Shown here in pieces: positions 47,569-56,220 of a stretch of 57,804 nucleotides of DNA. Position numbers and translations under genes: made by a program. The DNA lies in NCBI GenBank assembly GCA_029266575.1, contig JAQSWP010000001.1:1-57804 (forward strand). Direction: 5' to 3'. Below the pieces are notes generated by a model. The model saw only the letters and a program-made list of their open reading frames with translations, made no database searches and was not told where the DNA came from. Positions within the stretch are counted from its first letter, which is position 1, and every line of letters begins with the position of its first letter. The DNA is from Alphaproteobacteria bacterium. GTDB lineage: Bacteria; Pseudomonadota; Alphaproteobacteria; Reyranellales; JAQSWP01.

Positions 47569-48014
47569 GGCCGCGCTCCATGGCTGCGGCCATTGCCGTT
47601 GGAGAGATTGGTGCGCACGCGCACCAGCATTTCGATCAGCTTGCTCTGCTCGCTCTCGCTCAGGCCGGTCATGGCGCGCTTGCGCGATTGCAGGCCCAGC
47701 GCGAAGACGCGCTTCAGGGCCGGCCGGGCTTTCGCAGTGAGATGCAGCGAGCGCGCCCGCTTGTCGCCATCGACGGCGCGGCGTTCGACCCAGCCTGCCT
47801 TCTGCATGCGATCGAGCGTCCGGCCCAGAGTGATCGGCGCCACGTCGAGGATTTCGGCCAGGCCGGCCTGGTTGATGCCTTCGCAGCGCGAGAGATGCGC
47901 CAGCACCGACCATTGCGCGCGCGTCAGTCCGAGATCGCGGGCGCGCTGCTCGAAGTCGCGCCGCATCAGCCGCGCCCCGTCATGCAGCAGAAAACCAAGC
48001 CGTTCGCTGTCCAT
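47565..48014 (-). CDS. MarR family transcriptional regulator
   Basis: LGFLLHD.ARL, GLTRAQW.VL, GWVERR...DKRA..LHLT. Confidence 0.92.
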   Translation of the reverse strand: MDSERLGFLLHDGARLMRRDFEQRARDLGLTRAQWSVLAHLSRCEGINQAGLAEILDVAPITLGRTLDRMQKAGWVERRAVDGDKRARSLHLTAKARPALKRVFALGLQSRKRAMTGLSESEQSKLIEMLVRVRTNLSNGNGRSHGARP

Positions 48015-48055
48015 TGTTTCCGGCGTTTCCCAATACGGCCTGTGCCGGCCGTTCG

Positions 48056-48067
48056 TAAGCTAGCTTA
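48056..48067. promoter_or_regulatory. Candidate MarR/SlyA-type operator
   Basis: Perfect 12-bp palindrome TAAGCTAGCTTA, 41 nt upstream of the marR start. Confidence 0.6.
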
Positions 48068-48112
48068 GTATATTGCCGGCGACGGCCGCAAACGGAGGAT
48101 TTGTAGGGGAAA

Positions 48113-49102
48113 TCAGGCTCTTGCCAGCCGCGCCGCAGCCGCCAGCAGGTCGAACACCTCGACCAGACGCGCGACATAGGGATCGCGGGCGGTGAAGGCG
48201 GCATCGCGGCCGTCGCAGAATTGCTGCTCCAGCGTATCGATCAGCCGGTGCAGGCGGCGCTGATGGATGCCGAGTTTTCGTTGCAGCGGGTCGGCGATCA
48301 TGCCGGCGAAAGCGGCAGCGACGGCGCCCACCGCCAGCAGCCCGCCGGTGACGCCGACCAGCAGGACCGGCGAGATGGCGGCGGGAAAAATGCCGAACCA
48401 CAGGCTACCCGCGCTGGCGCCAAGCGGAAACGAGGCGACGGCGGCGTGATGCGCCACAGCCGCCGCCAGCGCCGGCCCCAGGGACATCACACCCGGCGTA
48501 GCCTGATGCAGCACGGCAGCGCCAGTGCTCAAGGCCAGCAGCGAGGTGGTGATCTCCGAGGCGGCGGCGCGCGTGCCGGCATAGGTCAGCAAAGCCTCTT
48601 CCAGCTTGCCGCGGAAGCCTGGCTCGTTGCCGTGCCGCGCCAGTTCGGAAAGGGTAAGCCGCAAGGCGTTCTCGATCTTGGGCATGGCGAGAATGGTTTC
48701 CTGCAGCGCATCCTTGTCGCTACGCAGCTCGCCGATCTGGCAGGGCAGTTGCAGCAGGTCTGTGATGATGCGCCACTGGATTTCCTGGCCGACGGCGGTA
48801 TCCATCAGCAGCTTGCGTGAGCCCAGCCAGCTACTGGTGCGATGCGCGCCCACACGCTTGGCGCCGGCGGCGGCCAGCTTCAGCCCGACACTAGGCACCG
48901 CCATCGCAAGATTGACCGGCGCCTTGAGAATGTCCCAGCCCAAAGCGCGCTTGTGGATCGAAGCCGAACCCTTGACACCAAAGTTGCACGCCACGAAATC
49001 CTCGACCCGGGCGTGACGGTCGGCGAAATAGCGCCGCGCCGCCTCGCGCACCAGCGCATCGAGCTCCTCGCGGCTGGGTGGGATCAGCGCCGGAAGAGTC
49101 AT
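48113..49102 (-). CDS. Conserved hypothetical membrane-associated protein (DUF6635-like)
   Basis: ATGA coupling to the upstream dehydrogenase; hydrophobic C-terminal segments; family name from recollection only. Confidence 0.65.
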   Translation of the reverse strand: MTLPALIPPSREELDALVREAARRYFADRHARVEDFVACNFGVKGSASIHKRALGWDILKAPVNLAMAVPSVGLKLAAAGAKRVGAHRTSSWLGSRKLLMDTAVGQEIQWRIITDLLQLPCQIGELRSDKDALQETILAMPKIENALRLTLSELARHGNEPGFRGKLEEALLTYAGTRAAASEITTSLLALSTGAAVLHQATPGVMSLGPALAAAVAHHAAVASFPLGASAGSLWFGIFPAAISPVLLVGVTGGLLAVGAVAAAFAGMIADPLQRKLGIHQRRLHRLIDTLEQQFCDGRDAAFTARDPYVARLVEVFDLLAAAARLARA

Positions 49103-50208
49103 TTCGCCGGGACGAGCCGCCATACCGCGCCGTCGCTGGCATCGGTCAGCACCAGCAGCGAGCCGTCGGCAGCCTGCTTCACCTGGCGTATGCGCGTTCC
49201 CAGATCGATACGCTCTTCGCTGGCGACGCGGTCGCCGTCGAGGATCAGCCGCACGATGCCGGGATAGACCAGCCCGCCGACGAAGGCATGGCCGCGCCAT
49301 TGCGGCACGACGCTGGAATCGTAGAACGTCATGCCCGAAACGGCGATCACCGGCGTCCATTGGTAGAGCGCGTCGACCAGATCGGGTCGCGTCGGCGGCT
49401 TGGCGATGGGCTGGCCGTTATAATGATCGCCCCAGGAAACCAACGGCCAGCCGTAGTTCTTGCCCTTCTCGGGGATGTTGATCTCGTCGCCGCCTTTTGG
49501 CCCATGATCGTTGATCCAGATCGCGCCGCTGCGCGGGTTGATCGCTGCGCCCTGCATGTTGCGATGGCCGTAGGACCAGATTTCAGGCTTGGCGCCGGCG
49601 CGGCCGACGAAAGGATTGTCTGGCGGCACGGTGCCATCGGGATTGATGCGGATCAGCTTGCCGAGATGGGAGTTCAGATCCTGCGCCGGATCGAACTTGA
49701 AGCGCTCGCCGGTGGTGATGAACAGCTTGCCGTCGGGCGCGAAGACGACGCGCGAGCCGAAATGGTTGGGGCCGCTGACTTTGGGTTGCTGGCGGAAGAT
49801 CACCTGCACATTGGTCAGCGCATTGCCCTCGAGCTTGCCGCGCGCTACGGAGGTTCCCGCCCCGCCCTCGCCCGCTTCGGAATAGGACAGATAGACCATG
49901 CGGCTTTCCGTGAAATCCGGCGCCAGGGTGACGTCGAGTAGGCCGCCCTGGCCGCTGGCCACGACTTGCAGCACACCCGAGATCGCCGCCGATATTTGGC
50001 CTTGCGGCGATATCAGGCGCAGGCGGCCGGCGCGTTCGGTGACCAGCAGGCTGCCGTCGGGCAGTTCAGCGATGCCCCAGGGATGATCCAACCCCTGCGC
50101 GACGGGGCGGATTTCAAGCCGCGTCGCCTGGGTGGCGATGGTGCGGTTTTGCGCCAGAGCGGGCGCAGCGACGAAAAGAGCGACAAAGCCCAAAGCCAGA
50201 ACGCGCAT
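49099..50208 (-). CDS. PQQ-dependent sugar dehydrogenase (YliI/Asd-like), secreted
   Basis: Signal peptide, GLDHPWG, GQGGLLDV, HFGSR, IWSYGHRNMQG, HGPKGGDEIN, NYGWP. Confidence 0.92.
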   Translation of the reverse strand: MRVLALGFVALFVAAPALAQNRTIATQATRLEIRPVAQGLDHPWGIAELPDGSLLVTERAGRLRLISPQGQISAAISGVLQVVASGQGGLLDVTLAPDFTESRMVYLSYSEAGEGGAGTSVARGKLEGNALTNVQVIFRQQPKVSGPNHFGSRVVFAPDGKLFITTGERFKFDPAQDLNSHLGKLIRINPDGTVPPDNPFVGRAGAKPEIWSYGHRNMQGAAINPRSGAIWINDHGPKGGDEINIPEKGKNYGWPLVSWGDHYNGQPIAKPPTRPDLVDALYQWTPVIAVSGMTFYDSSVVPQWRGHAFVGGLVYPGIVRLILDGDRVASEERIDLGTRIRQVKQAADGSLLVLTDASDGAVWRLVPAK

Positions 50209-50237
50209 GATTCCTCCCTGGAACGACGTGCTTTGGA

Positions 50238-50262
50238 AATGTGGGGAGGAACGGAGGGTTCC
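50238..50262 (-). promoter_or_regulatory. Sigma-EcfG type promoter (variant -10)
   Basis: Minus strand GGAAC-N16-CATT, 29 nt upstream of the PQQ dehydrogenase ATG. Confidence 0.55.
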
Positions 50263-50278
50263 GCCAGAGCGGATCGAG

Positions 50279-51424
50279 TCAGTCGGTTTTCAGCCTGCCA
50301 TAGGTCGAGGGCACGATGCTTTTGCCGGCCGCCCGCTTGGCCAGCCAATAGGCTTGTGGCGGCGGCACCAGGGCGAAATCGCGATCCAGGCCAAGCTTCT
50401 GGGCCGCATCCATCGGCCAGTTGGGGTTGTAGAGTATTTCCCGCGCCAGCGCGATCAGATCGGCCTGGCCGCGCTGCAAGATCTCTTCCGCCTGGTCGGC
50501 GTGCACGATCAGCCCCACCGCCATGGTGGCGATTTCGGCTTCGGCGCGGATCTTCTCGGCATAGGGGACCTGGTAGCCATAGCCGATTTCACCCACCGGG
50601 TTGCTGGTCATGCCGCCGGAAGAGCAGTCGATCACATCGACGCCCTTGGGCTTGACCCATTTGGCGACATTGACGCTCTGCTCGGGTCCGAAGCCGACAT
50701 TGTCTTCGCAGGACAGGCGCAGGAAGACCGGCTTGTGCTGTGGCCAGACGATGCGGATGGCTTCGGCGATCTCGATCACCAGGCGCGCGCGATTCAATTC
50801 AGTGCCGCCATACTCATCCGTGCGCTGATTGGAGAAGGGCGAGAGGAATTCGTGCAGCAGGTAGCCATGCGCGCCGTGGATCTCCAGCACGTCGAAGCCG
50901 GCTTCGTTGGCGCGACGCGCCGCCTGTTTCCAATGGTCGATCAGTTGGGGAATCTCACTGCGCTCCAGCGCGCGCGGCACCGGATCGCTGGCAGGGGCTG
51001 TCAGCGCAGACGGCGCCACTAATTCCCAGTCGTTCCAGTCGTCGATCTCGGGCGCCGCTTGCAGCGGGCCGCCGCCCTCCCACGGCCGGGCGCGGCGGGC
51101 TTTGCGGCCCGAGTGACCGAGCTGGATGCCGGCGACCGCGCCATGGCTCTTGATGAAATCAACGCAGCGTTTCAGGCCGGGCACGAATTCGTCGCGCCAC
51201 AGGCCGAGATCGCCCACCGTGCCGCAGCCGCGGCGTTCGACCTTGGTCGATTCCATGAACACCAGCCCGGCGCCTCCGGCGGCGTAGCGGCCGACATTCA
51301 TCAGGTGCCAGTCGGTGGCGAAACCTTTCACCGCTGAGTACTGGTGCATCGGCGCCACCGCGACGCGGTTCTTCAAGGTGATGTCGCGCAACTGCATAGG
51401 CGTGAAGAGCAGCGGGGTGCTCAT
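50279..51424 (-). CDS. NADH:flavin oxidoreductase (Old Yellow Enzyme, YqjM-like)
   Basis: NRVAVAPMHQYS, GIQLGHSGRK, EIHGAHGYLLHEFLSP..N.RTDEYGG, GYQVPYA. Confidence 0.9.
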   Translation of the reverse strand: MSTPLLFTPMQLRDITLKNRVAVAPMHQYSAVKGFATDWHLMNVGRYAAGGAGLVFMESTKVERRGCGTVGDLGLWRDEFVPGLKRCVDFIKSHGAVAGIQLGHSGRKARRARPWEGGGPLQAAPEIDDWNDWELVAPSALTAPASDPVPRALERSEIPQLIDHWKQAARRANEAGFDVLEIHGAHGYLLHEFLSPFSNQRTDEYGGTELNRARLVIEIAEAIRIVWPQHKPVFLRLSCEDNVGFGPEQSVNVAKWVKPKGVDVIDCSSGGMTSNPVGEIGYGYQVPYAEKIRAEAEIATMAVGLIVHADQAEEILQRGQADLIALAREILYNPNWPMDAAQKLGLDRDFALVPPPQAYWLAKRAAGKSIVPSTYGRLKTD

Positions 51425-53097
51425 ACGCTCTTCTCCACCATGGCCTCGATGACGCACGGCCCGTCGGTTTTCTGCAATGCTTCGGCAAGTGCTGCATCGA
51501 ATTCAGCCGCCGTGGCGACACGGGTCGCCGGCACCCCCATCGAGCGGGCCAGCGCACCCATGTCGATCGCGGGATCCTGGAAATCCATGCCGATGAATTT
51601 TTCGTTGCCGTGAAAGGATTTTAGCCGCTGCTTGATGATGCGATAGCCGCCATTGTTGGCGATCAGGAACACCAGCGGCGCCTTGTAATGTGCCGCACTC
51701 CACAGCGCCTGAATGGAATACATGGCGCTGCCATCGCCGATCACCGCCACTACCTTGCGCTGCGGCAGAGCCAACTGGATGCCGACAGCGGCAGCAATGC
51801 CCCAGCCGATGCCGCCGGTGACATTGCCGAAATAGGAGTGCCGGTCGCGATAGGGGTAGAAGGAAAGCAGCGAAAAAGCCGTGGTCAGGCCTTCGTCGAC
51901 CACCACCGCATCCCTGGGCAGCGAGTCGGACAGGCGCAGCATCAGCCAGTCTGGCGACAGCGGCGATTTACCGGACAGGGTGGCAGCGGCCTGCGCCTTT
52001 TTCGTCCGCTGTGCCGACCAGTTGCGCGCACCCAATTGTTTGAGTGAAGCCGCAGCGTGGTCGGCAAGCTTTACGCCGCCGAGTTTTTTCAGCACCGGCA
52101 CCAGCGCCTGCAAGGTTTCCTTGACGTTGGCGCGCAGAGCGATCTCGGCCGGCCAATTCTTGCCCATCTCCCAGTCGCGCAGGCCGATCTGCACCAGCTT
52201 GGTATTCGGCGGCAATGGATCGACCGGCGAATACACCGACATGGTCAGCACCTCGGCGCCGAGGCAGATCAGCAAATCGTGCGGCGCAAGATTGTCGCGC
52301 ACCTGCGCCTGATTGCGGTTGAGTGCGCCCATATAGAGCGGATGCTCGGACGGGAAATGGGCGCCGGTCTGCACCGATTGCTGCCACACCGGCGCGCCCA
52401 GCGCATCGGCCAGCGCCACCGCCTCGTCCCAGGCGTTGGAGGAATAGATTTCGCTGCCCGCCAGAATCGCCGGCGACTTGGCGGCCAGGATGCGTTTGGC
52501 GAAGGCTTCTATGGCGGCATCGCTGGGACGCCCGGCGGTGTCGACCTTGGTGGTGTCGCCCAGATCGATGGCCGCACTTGAATTGAGGATGTCGCCCGGC
52601 AGCGAGATGAACACCGGCCCGGTCGGCGCGGTCTGCGCCACCTTGGCGGCGCGGCGCATGATGCGGGGCAGATCCTCGATGCGGTTGACCTCAACCGCCC
52701 ATTTCACCACCGGTTGCGCGATGGGAACCAAGGGCGCGTAGAGCAAAGGCTCGGTCAGGCCATGGCCCTGCTCCTGCTGGCCGGCGGTGACGATGATCGG
52801 CGTGCCCGAGACGTGGGCGGTGTAGAGCGTGCCGATGGCGTTGCCGAGGCCGGGCGCGACATGGACGTTGCAGGCGACCAGCTCGCCCGAGGCGCGGGCA
52901 TAGCCGTCAGCCATGGCGATGACCACCGATTCCTGCAGGCCCAGCACGTAGGAGATCTCCGTCTGCTCGGTCAGCGCATGCATGATCGGCAATTCGGTGG
53001 TGCCAGGATTGCCGAACATGCGCCGCACCCCTTCCTCGCGCATCACGGCGAGGAAGGCGCTGCGGCCGGCAATGGCATTGTTTGGCGCGTCAGGCAC
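51421..53097 (-). CDS. ThDP-dependent enzyme (benzoylformate decarboxylase-like)
   Basis: FGNPGTTE, LQESVVIAMADG, NVHVAPGLGN, GDGSAMY...NNGGY ThDP motif. Confidence 0.88.
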   Translation of the reverse strand: MPDAPNNAIAGRSAFLAVMREEGVRRMFGNPGTTELPIMHALTEQTEISYVLGLQESVVIAMADGYARASGELVACNVHVAPGLGNAIGTLYTAHVSGTPIIVTAGQQEQGHGLTEPLLYAPLVPIAQPVVKWAVEVNRIEDLPRIMRRAAKVAQTAPTGPVFISLPGDILNSSAAIDLGDTTKVDTAGRPSDAAIEAFAKRILAAKSPAILAGSEIYSSNAWDEAVALADALGAPVWQQSVQTGAHFPSEHPLYMGALNRNQAQVRDNLAPHDLLICLGAEVLTMSVYSPVDPLPPNTKLVQIGLRDWEMGKNWPAEIALRANVKETLQALVPVLKKLGGVKLADHAAASLKQLGARNWSAQRTKKAQAAATLSGKSPLSPDWLMLRLSDSLPRDAVVVDEGLTTAFSLLSFYPYRDRHSYFGNVTGGIGWGIAAAVGIQLALPQRKVVAVIGDGSAMYSIQALWSAAHYKAPLVFLIANNGGYRIIKQRLKSFHGNEKFIGMDFQDPAIDMGALARSMGVPATRVATAAEFDAALAEALQKTDGPCVIEAMVEKSV

Positions 53098-53106
53098 GGC
53101 GTACTC

Positions 53107-53844
53107 CTAAAGATTGCGGCGGAACAGATCGAACAGCCGCTCCCAATGCCGCTCAGCCGCCTGCTTGTCGTAGCAATGCCGCCCGGGGAACGCGAAGCCG
53201 TGCTCGGCGCCGGGGTAGAATTCCACTCTATAGTCGATGCCGGTGCCGGCGAGATATTTCTCCAGCGCCACTCCTTTCTCGGGCGGGAAATAGTGGTCGA
53301 TCTCGGCGCAGGCGAAATAGATCTCGCCACGGATATTGGCCGCCGTCAGATGCGGGCTGTTGGGCTGATCGGTCATCAGGCCGGCGCCATAGATCGAGGC
53401 GATGGCCGAGAAGCGCTGCGGATAGGCCGCACCGATGGCAAAGACGAACTGGCCACTCATGCAATAGCCGACGCAGCCCACCGAGCCGGTGCGCGCCTTG
53501 CGGTCTTCGTCGATGAAGGCCAGCAGCGCTTCGGTATCGGAGACGATCTTGGCGTTGTCGATGCTGCGCAGCCAGTTCCACATCTTCTTGCGCACCGCCT
53601 CGTCGCCGTGGAAATTCTCAGCCCCGACATTGAGCTCCTCGCCGCTGCGGTAATAGAGGTCGGGCAACAGCACGCAATAGCCGACCGTGGCAATGCGGCG
53701 GGCCATGTCGCGCAATTCCTCGCGCAGGCCGGGCGCATCCATGTAGAAGATCACTGGCGGAAAAGGCCCTTGGCCATCGGGATGGAACACGGTGCAGCCC
53801 ATGCTGCCATCGCGCGTGGCGATGCGAACCTTGCGCTCCTGCAT
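53107..53844 (-). CDS. Dienelactone hydrolase family protein
   Basis: YMDAPGLR, GYCMSG nucleophile, YPGAEHGF. Confidence 0.9.
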   Translation of the reverse strand: MQERKVRIATRDGSMGCTVFHPDGQGPFPPVIFYMDAPGLREELRDMARRIATVGYCVLLPDLYYRSGEELNVGAENFHGDEAVRKKMWNWLRSIDNAKIVSDTEALLAFIDEDRKARTGSVGCVGYCMSGQFVFAIGAAYPQRFSAIASIYGAGLMTDQPNSPHLTAANIRGEIYFACAEIDHYFPPEKGVALEKYLAGTGIDYRVEFYPGAEHGFAFPGRHCYDKQAAERHWERLFDLFRRNL

Positions 53845-53935
53845 GTTTCCTCCGCTTGCCCCCCGCTTGCCTCAGTCGGGCTTTCTCAGGCTATATCCCG
53901 CCACAGCCAAGAACAACGCCGGAGGAACAGTCCCC

Positions 53936-55051
53936 GTGAAACTGCAAGGCGTGAAGGTCATCGACCTGTCGAGCTTCCTGCCCGGCCCGCATCTGACCAT
54001 GATGATGGCCGATCACGGCGCGGAAGTGATCAAGATCGAGCAACCGGGCGCGGGTGATGCCACGCGCTCGATCGGCCAGTCGCAGAACGGCCACACGGTC
54101 TATTTCCGCAATGCAAATCGCGGCAAGAAGAGCGTGGCACTCGATCTCAAAGCGCCCGCGGGGCGCGAAGCATTGCTACGGTTGGTCGAGGATGCCGACG
54201 TGCTGCTGGAAACTTTCCGGCCCGGCGTGGCGAGACGGCTGGGCATCGATTACGAAGCCGTGCGGAAGGTGGCGCCGCAGATCGTCTATTGCTCGATCTC
54301 GGCCTTCGGCCAGGACGGGCCGCTGCGCGATCAGCCGGCGCATGATCTGTCCGTGCTGGCGCTGTCGGGGGCGCTGAGCCTGACCGGCGATGCCGAGCGC
54401 GGGCCGCTGCTGCCGTCGATCCCCGCCGCCGACATGGCGTCGTCGCTGATGGCGCTGTCAGGCATTCTGATGGCATTGCTGCGCGCCAGGCAGACCGGGC
54501 AAGGCGACTACATCGATCTCTCCATGCACGATGCGCTGGTGTCGTGGATGGCGCATCTCACCGGCTCGCTGTTCGCGCATGACGAGTTGCCGGTGCCGCG
54601 GAACGAACGGCTGCTGGGCGGTGCGGCGCTTTACGGCATCTATCGCACGCAGGATGGCCGCTTTCTCACGCTTGGCGGGTCGGAGATCAAATTCGCCGAG
54701 AATTTGCTGACCGCCCTGCAGCGGCCGGATCTGATTGGCGCGGCACGCCAGCCGGCCGGACCAGCGCAGCTGCCGGTACGGCGTTTTCTCGAGGAGACTT
54801 TCGCCAGCCAGCCGCTCGCCCACTGGATCGAATGGTTCAAGGGCAAGGATGTGTGCTGGGGACCGGTGCTCGATTTGCGCGAAGGGCTCAATCATCCGCA
54901 TGTGTGGGCGCGCGGCATGCGGCTGAAGGATGGTGCAGGCAACGACCATCTGGGCGTGCCGATCCGTTTCGCCAACGAACCGGCGCGGCCGAATTTCGAT
55001 CCGCCAGATTTGGGCGCCGATGGACCTGACTTGCTGCGCCAGAACAGTTGA
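53936..55051 (+). CDS. CaiB/BaiF family CoA-transferase / racemase
   Basis: LQGVKVIDLS.FLPGP, NRGKKSVALDLK, ETFRPGV..RLGIDY, PAADM; GGAGG RBS before GTG. Confidence 0.9.
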   Translation: MKLQGVKVIDLSSFLPGPHLTMMMADHGAEVIKIEQPGAGDATRSIGQSQNGHTVYFRNANRGKKSVALDLKAPAGREALLRLVEDADVLLETFRPGVARRLGIDYEAVRKVAPQIVYCSISAFGQDGPLRDQPAHDLSVLALSGALSLTGDAERGPLLPSIPAADMASSLMALSGILMALLRARQTGQGDYIDLSMHDALVSWMAHLTGSLFAHDELPVPRNERLLGGAALYGIYRTQDGRFLTLGGSEIKFAENLLTALQRPDLIGAARQPAGPAQLPVRRFLEETFASQPLAHWIEWFKGKDVCWGPVLDLREGLNHPHVWARGMRLKDGAGNDHLGVPIRFANEPARPNFDPPDLGADGPDLLRQNS

Positions 55052-55103
55052 CACCGTACGAAGCTTGCGCCGAAATTCGCCCTGGCCTTGGAGGGAGATT
55101 GCC

Positions 55104-55523
55104 GTGCGGAAAATTCGCTATTTTGCCGTTTTAGCGCTTGGCGCGCTGGCGCTGGCCTTTGCCAGCATCGCCACCGTGCAGGCGCAGGCGCCGTGGCGCA
55201 GCGCCGATACGCTGAAGACCGAAATCTATTTCGGCCTGCGACAGGCCAGCGGCAAGGTGATCAGCGAGGAGGACTGGGGCAAGTTCCTGTCCGAGGCGGT
55301 GGCGCCACGCTTTCCCGGCGGGATGACGGTGATCGACGCCACCGGCCGCAGCGCCAACGCCGCCAGGGGCGGCAATCCCACCAAGATTCTGGTGCTGGTG
55401 CATCCCAATGTCGGCGATTCGCAGGAGAAGCTGTCGCAGATCAAGGAGGAGTTCAACCGGCGCTTCGACAATGCCGGCATCTTCCACACCGATTCGCCCA
55501 TCCGCATCGCGCCGGCGAAGTGA
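55104..55523 (+). CDS. DUF3574 family secreted protein
   Basis: Signal peptide; TEIYFG...ISEEDW.KFL...V.PRFPGGMTV.DA.G. Confidence 0.78.
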   Translation: MRKIRYFAVLALGALALAFASIATVQAQAPWRSADTLKTEIYFGLRQASGKVISEEDWGKFLSEAVAPRFPGGMTVIDATGRSANAARGGNPTKILVLVHPNVGDSQEKLSQIKEEFNRRFDNAGIFHTDSPIRIAPAK

Positions 55524-56116
55524 GCAAGCGACACGCACCGGCGACCTTACGCAATCGCGACGCCATCCTCGCCGTCCTGCAGCGGATTGCGCCACAGGAC
55601 GGGGTGCTGCTGGAAATCGCCAGCGGCACCGGCGAGCATGCAGCCTACATGGCTTCGAACCTGCCCGGCCCGCTGCGCTGGCAGCCGAGCGACGGCGATG
55701 CCGATGCTTTGAGCAGCATCGATGCACATGCCGCCGGCAATCCGCGCATCCTCCCTGCCCTGCTTGTCGACGTCACGGCGAGGAAGTGGCCGATCGATCG
55801 GGCCGCGGCGATGTTCTGCGCCAATATGATTCATATCGCGCCGTGGCAGGCGAGCGAAGGCCTGTTCGCCGGAGCCGGCCGCGTGCTGACCTCAGGCGCG
55901 CCGCTTGTCCTGTATGGACCGTTCAAGCGCGATGGCGCGCATACGGCGCCATCCAATGAAGCCTTTGACGCATCGCTAAGATCGCGCGATCCGAGTTGGG
56001 GTGTGCGCTGCCTCGACAGCGAGATCGCGCCATTGGCGAAGCGGCATGGTCTCGTCCTTGGCGAGATCGTGCCGATGCCCGCCAACAATCTCAGCGTTAT
56101 CTTCCGCCGTCGCTAA
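55520..56116 (+). CDS. DUF938 family SAM-dependent methyltransferase
   Basis: APAT.RNRDAIL, LEIASGTGEH, WQPSD, NMIHIAPW, LYGPF, MPANN; GTGA overlap. Confidence 0.9.
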   Translation: MSKRHAPATLRNRDAILAVLQRIAPQDGVLLEIASGTGEHAAYMASNLPGPLRWQPSDGDADALSSIDAHAAGNPRILPALLVDVTARKWPIDRAAAMFCANMIHIAPWQASEGLFAGAGRVLTSGAPLVLYGPFKRDGAHTAPSNEAFDASLRSRDPSWGVRCLDSEIAPLAKRHGLVLGEIVPMPANNLSVIFRRR

Positions 56117-56122
56117 CTTCTT

Positions 56123-56212
56123 TCCGTCATGCTGAGCGCAGCGAAGCATCTTGCCTCACTGGAAAAACCGTCGGGTTGAAACAAGATCCTTCGCTCCGCT
56201 CAGGATGACGGA
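56123..56212. repeat. Inverted REP-like doublet (core CTGAGC-N4-CGAAG)
   Basis: 31-bp arms 56123-56153 and 56182-56212 with 3 mismatches, between convergent genes. Confidence 0.85.
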
Positions 56213-56220
56213 TATGAGGT

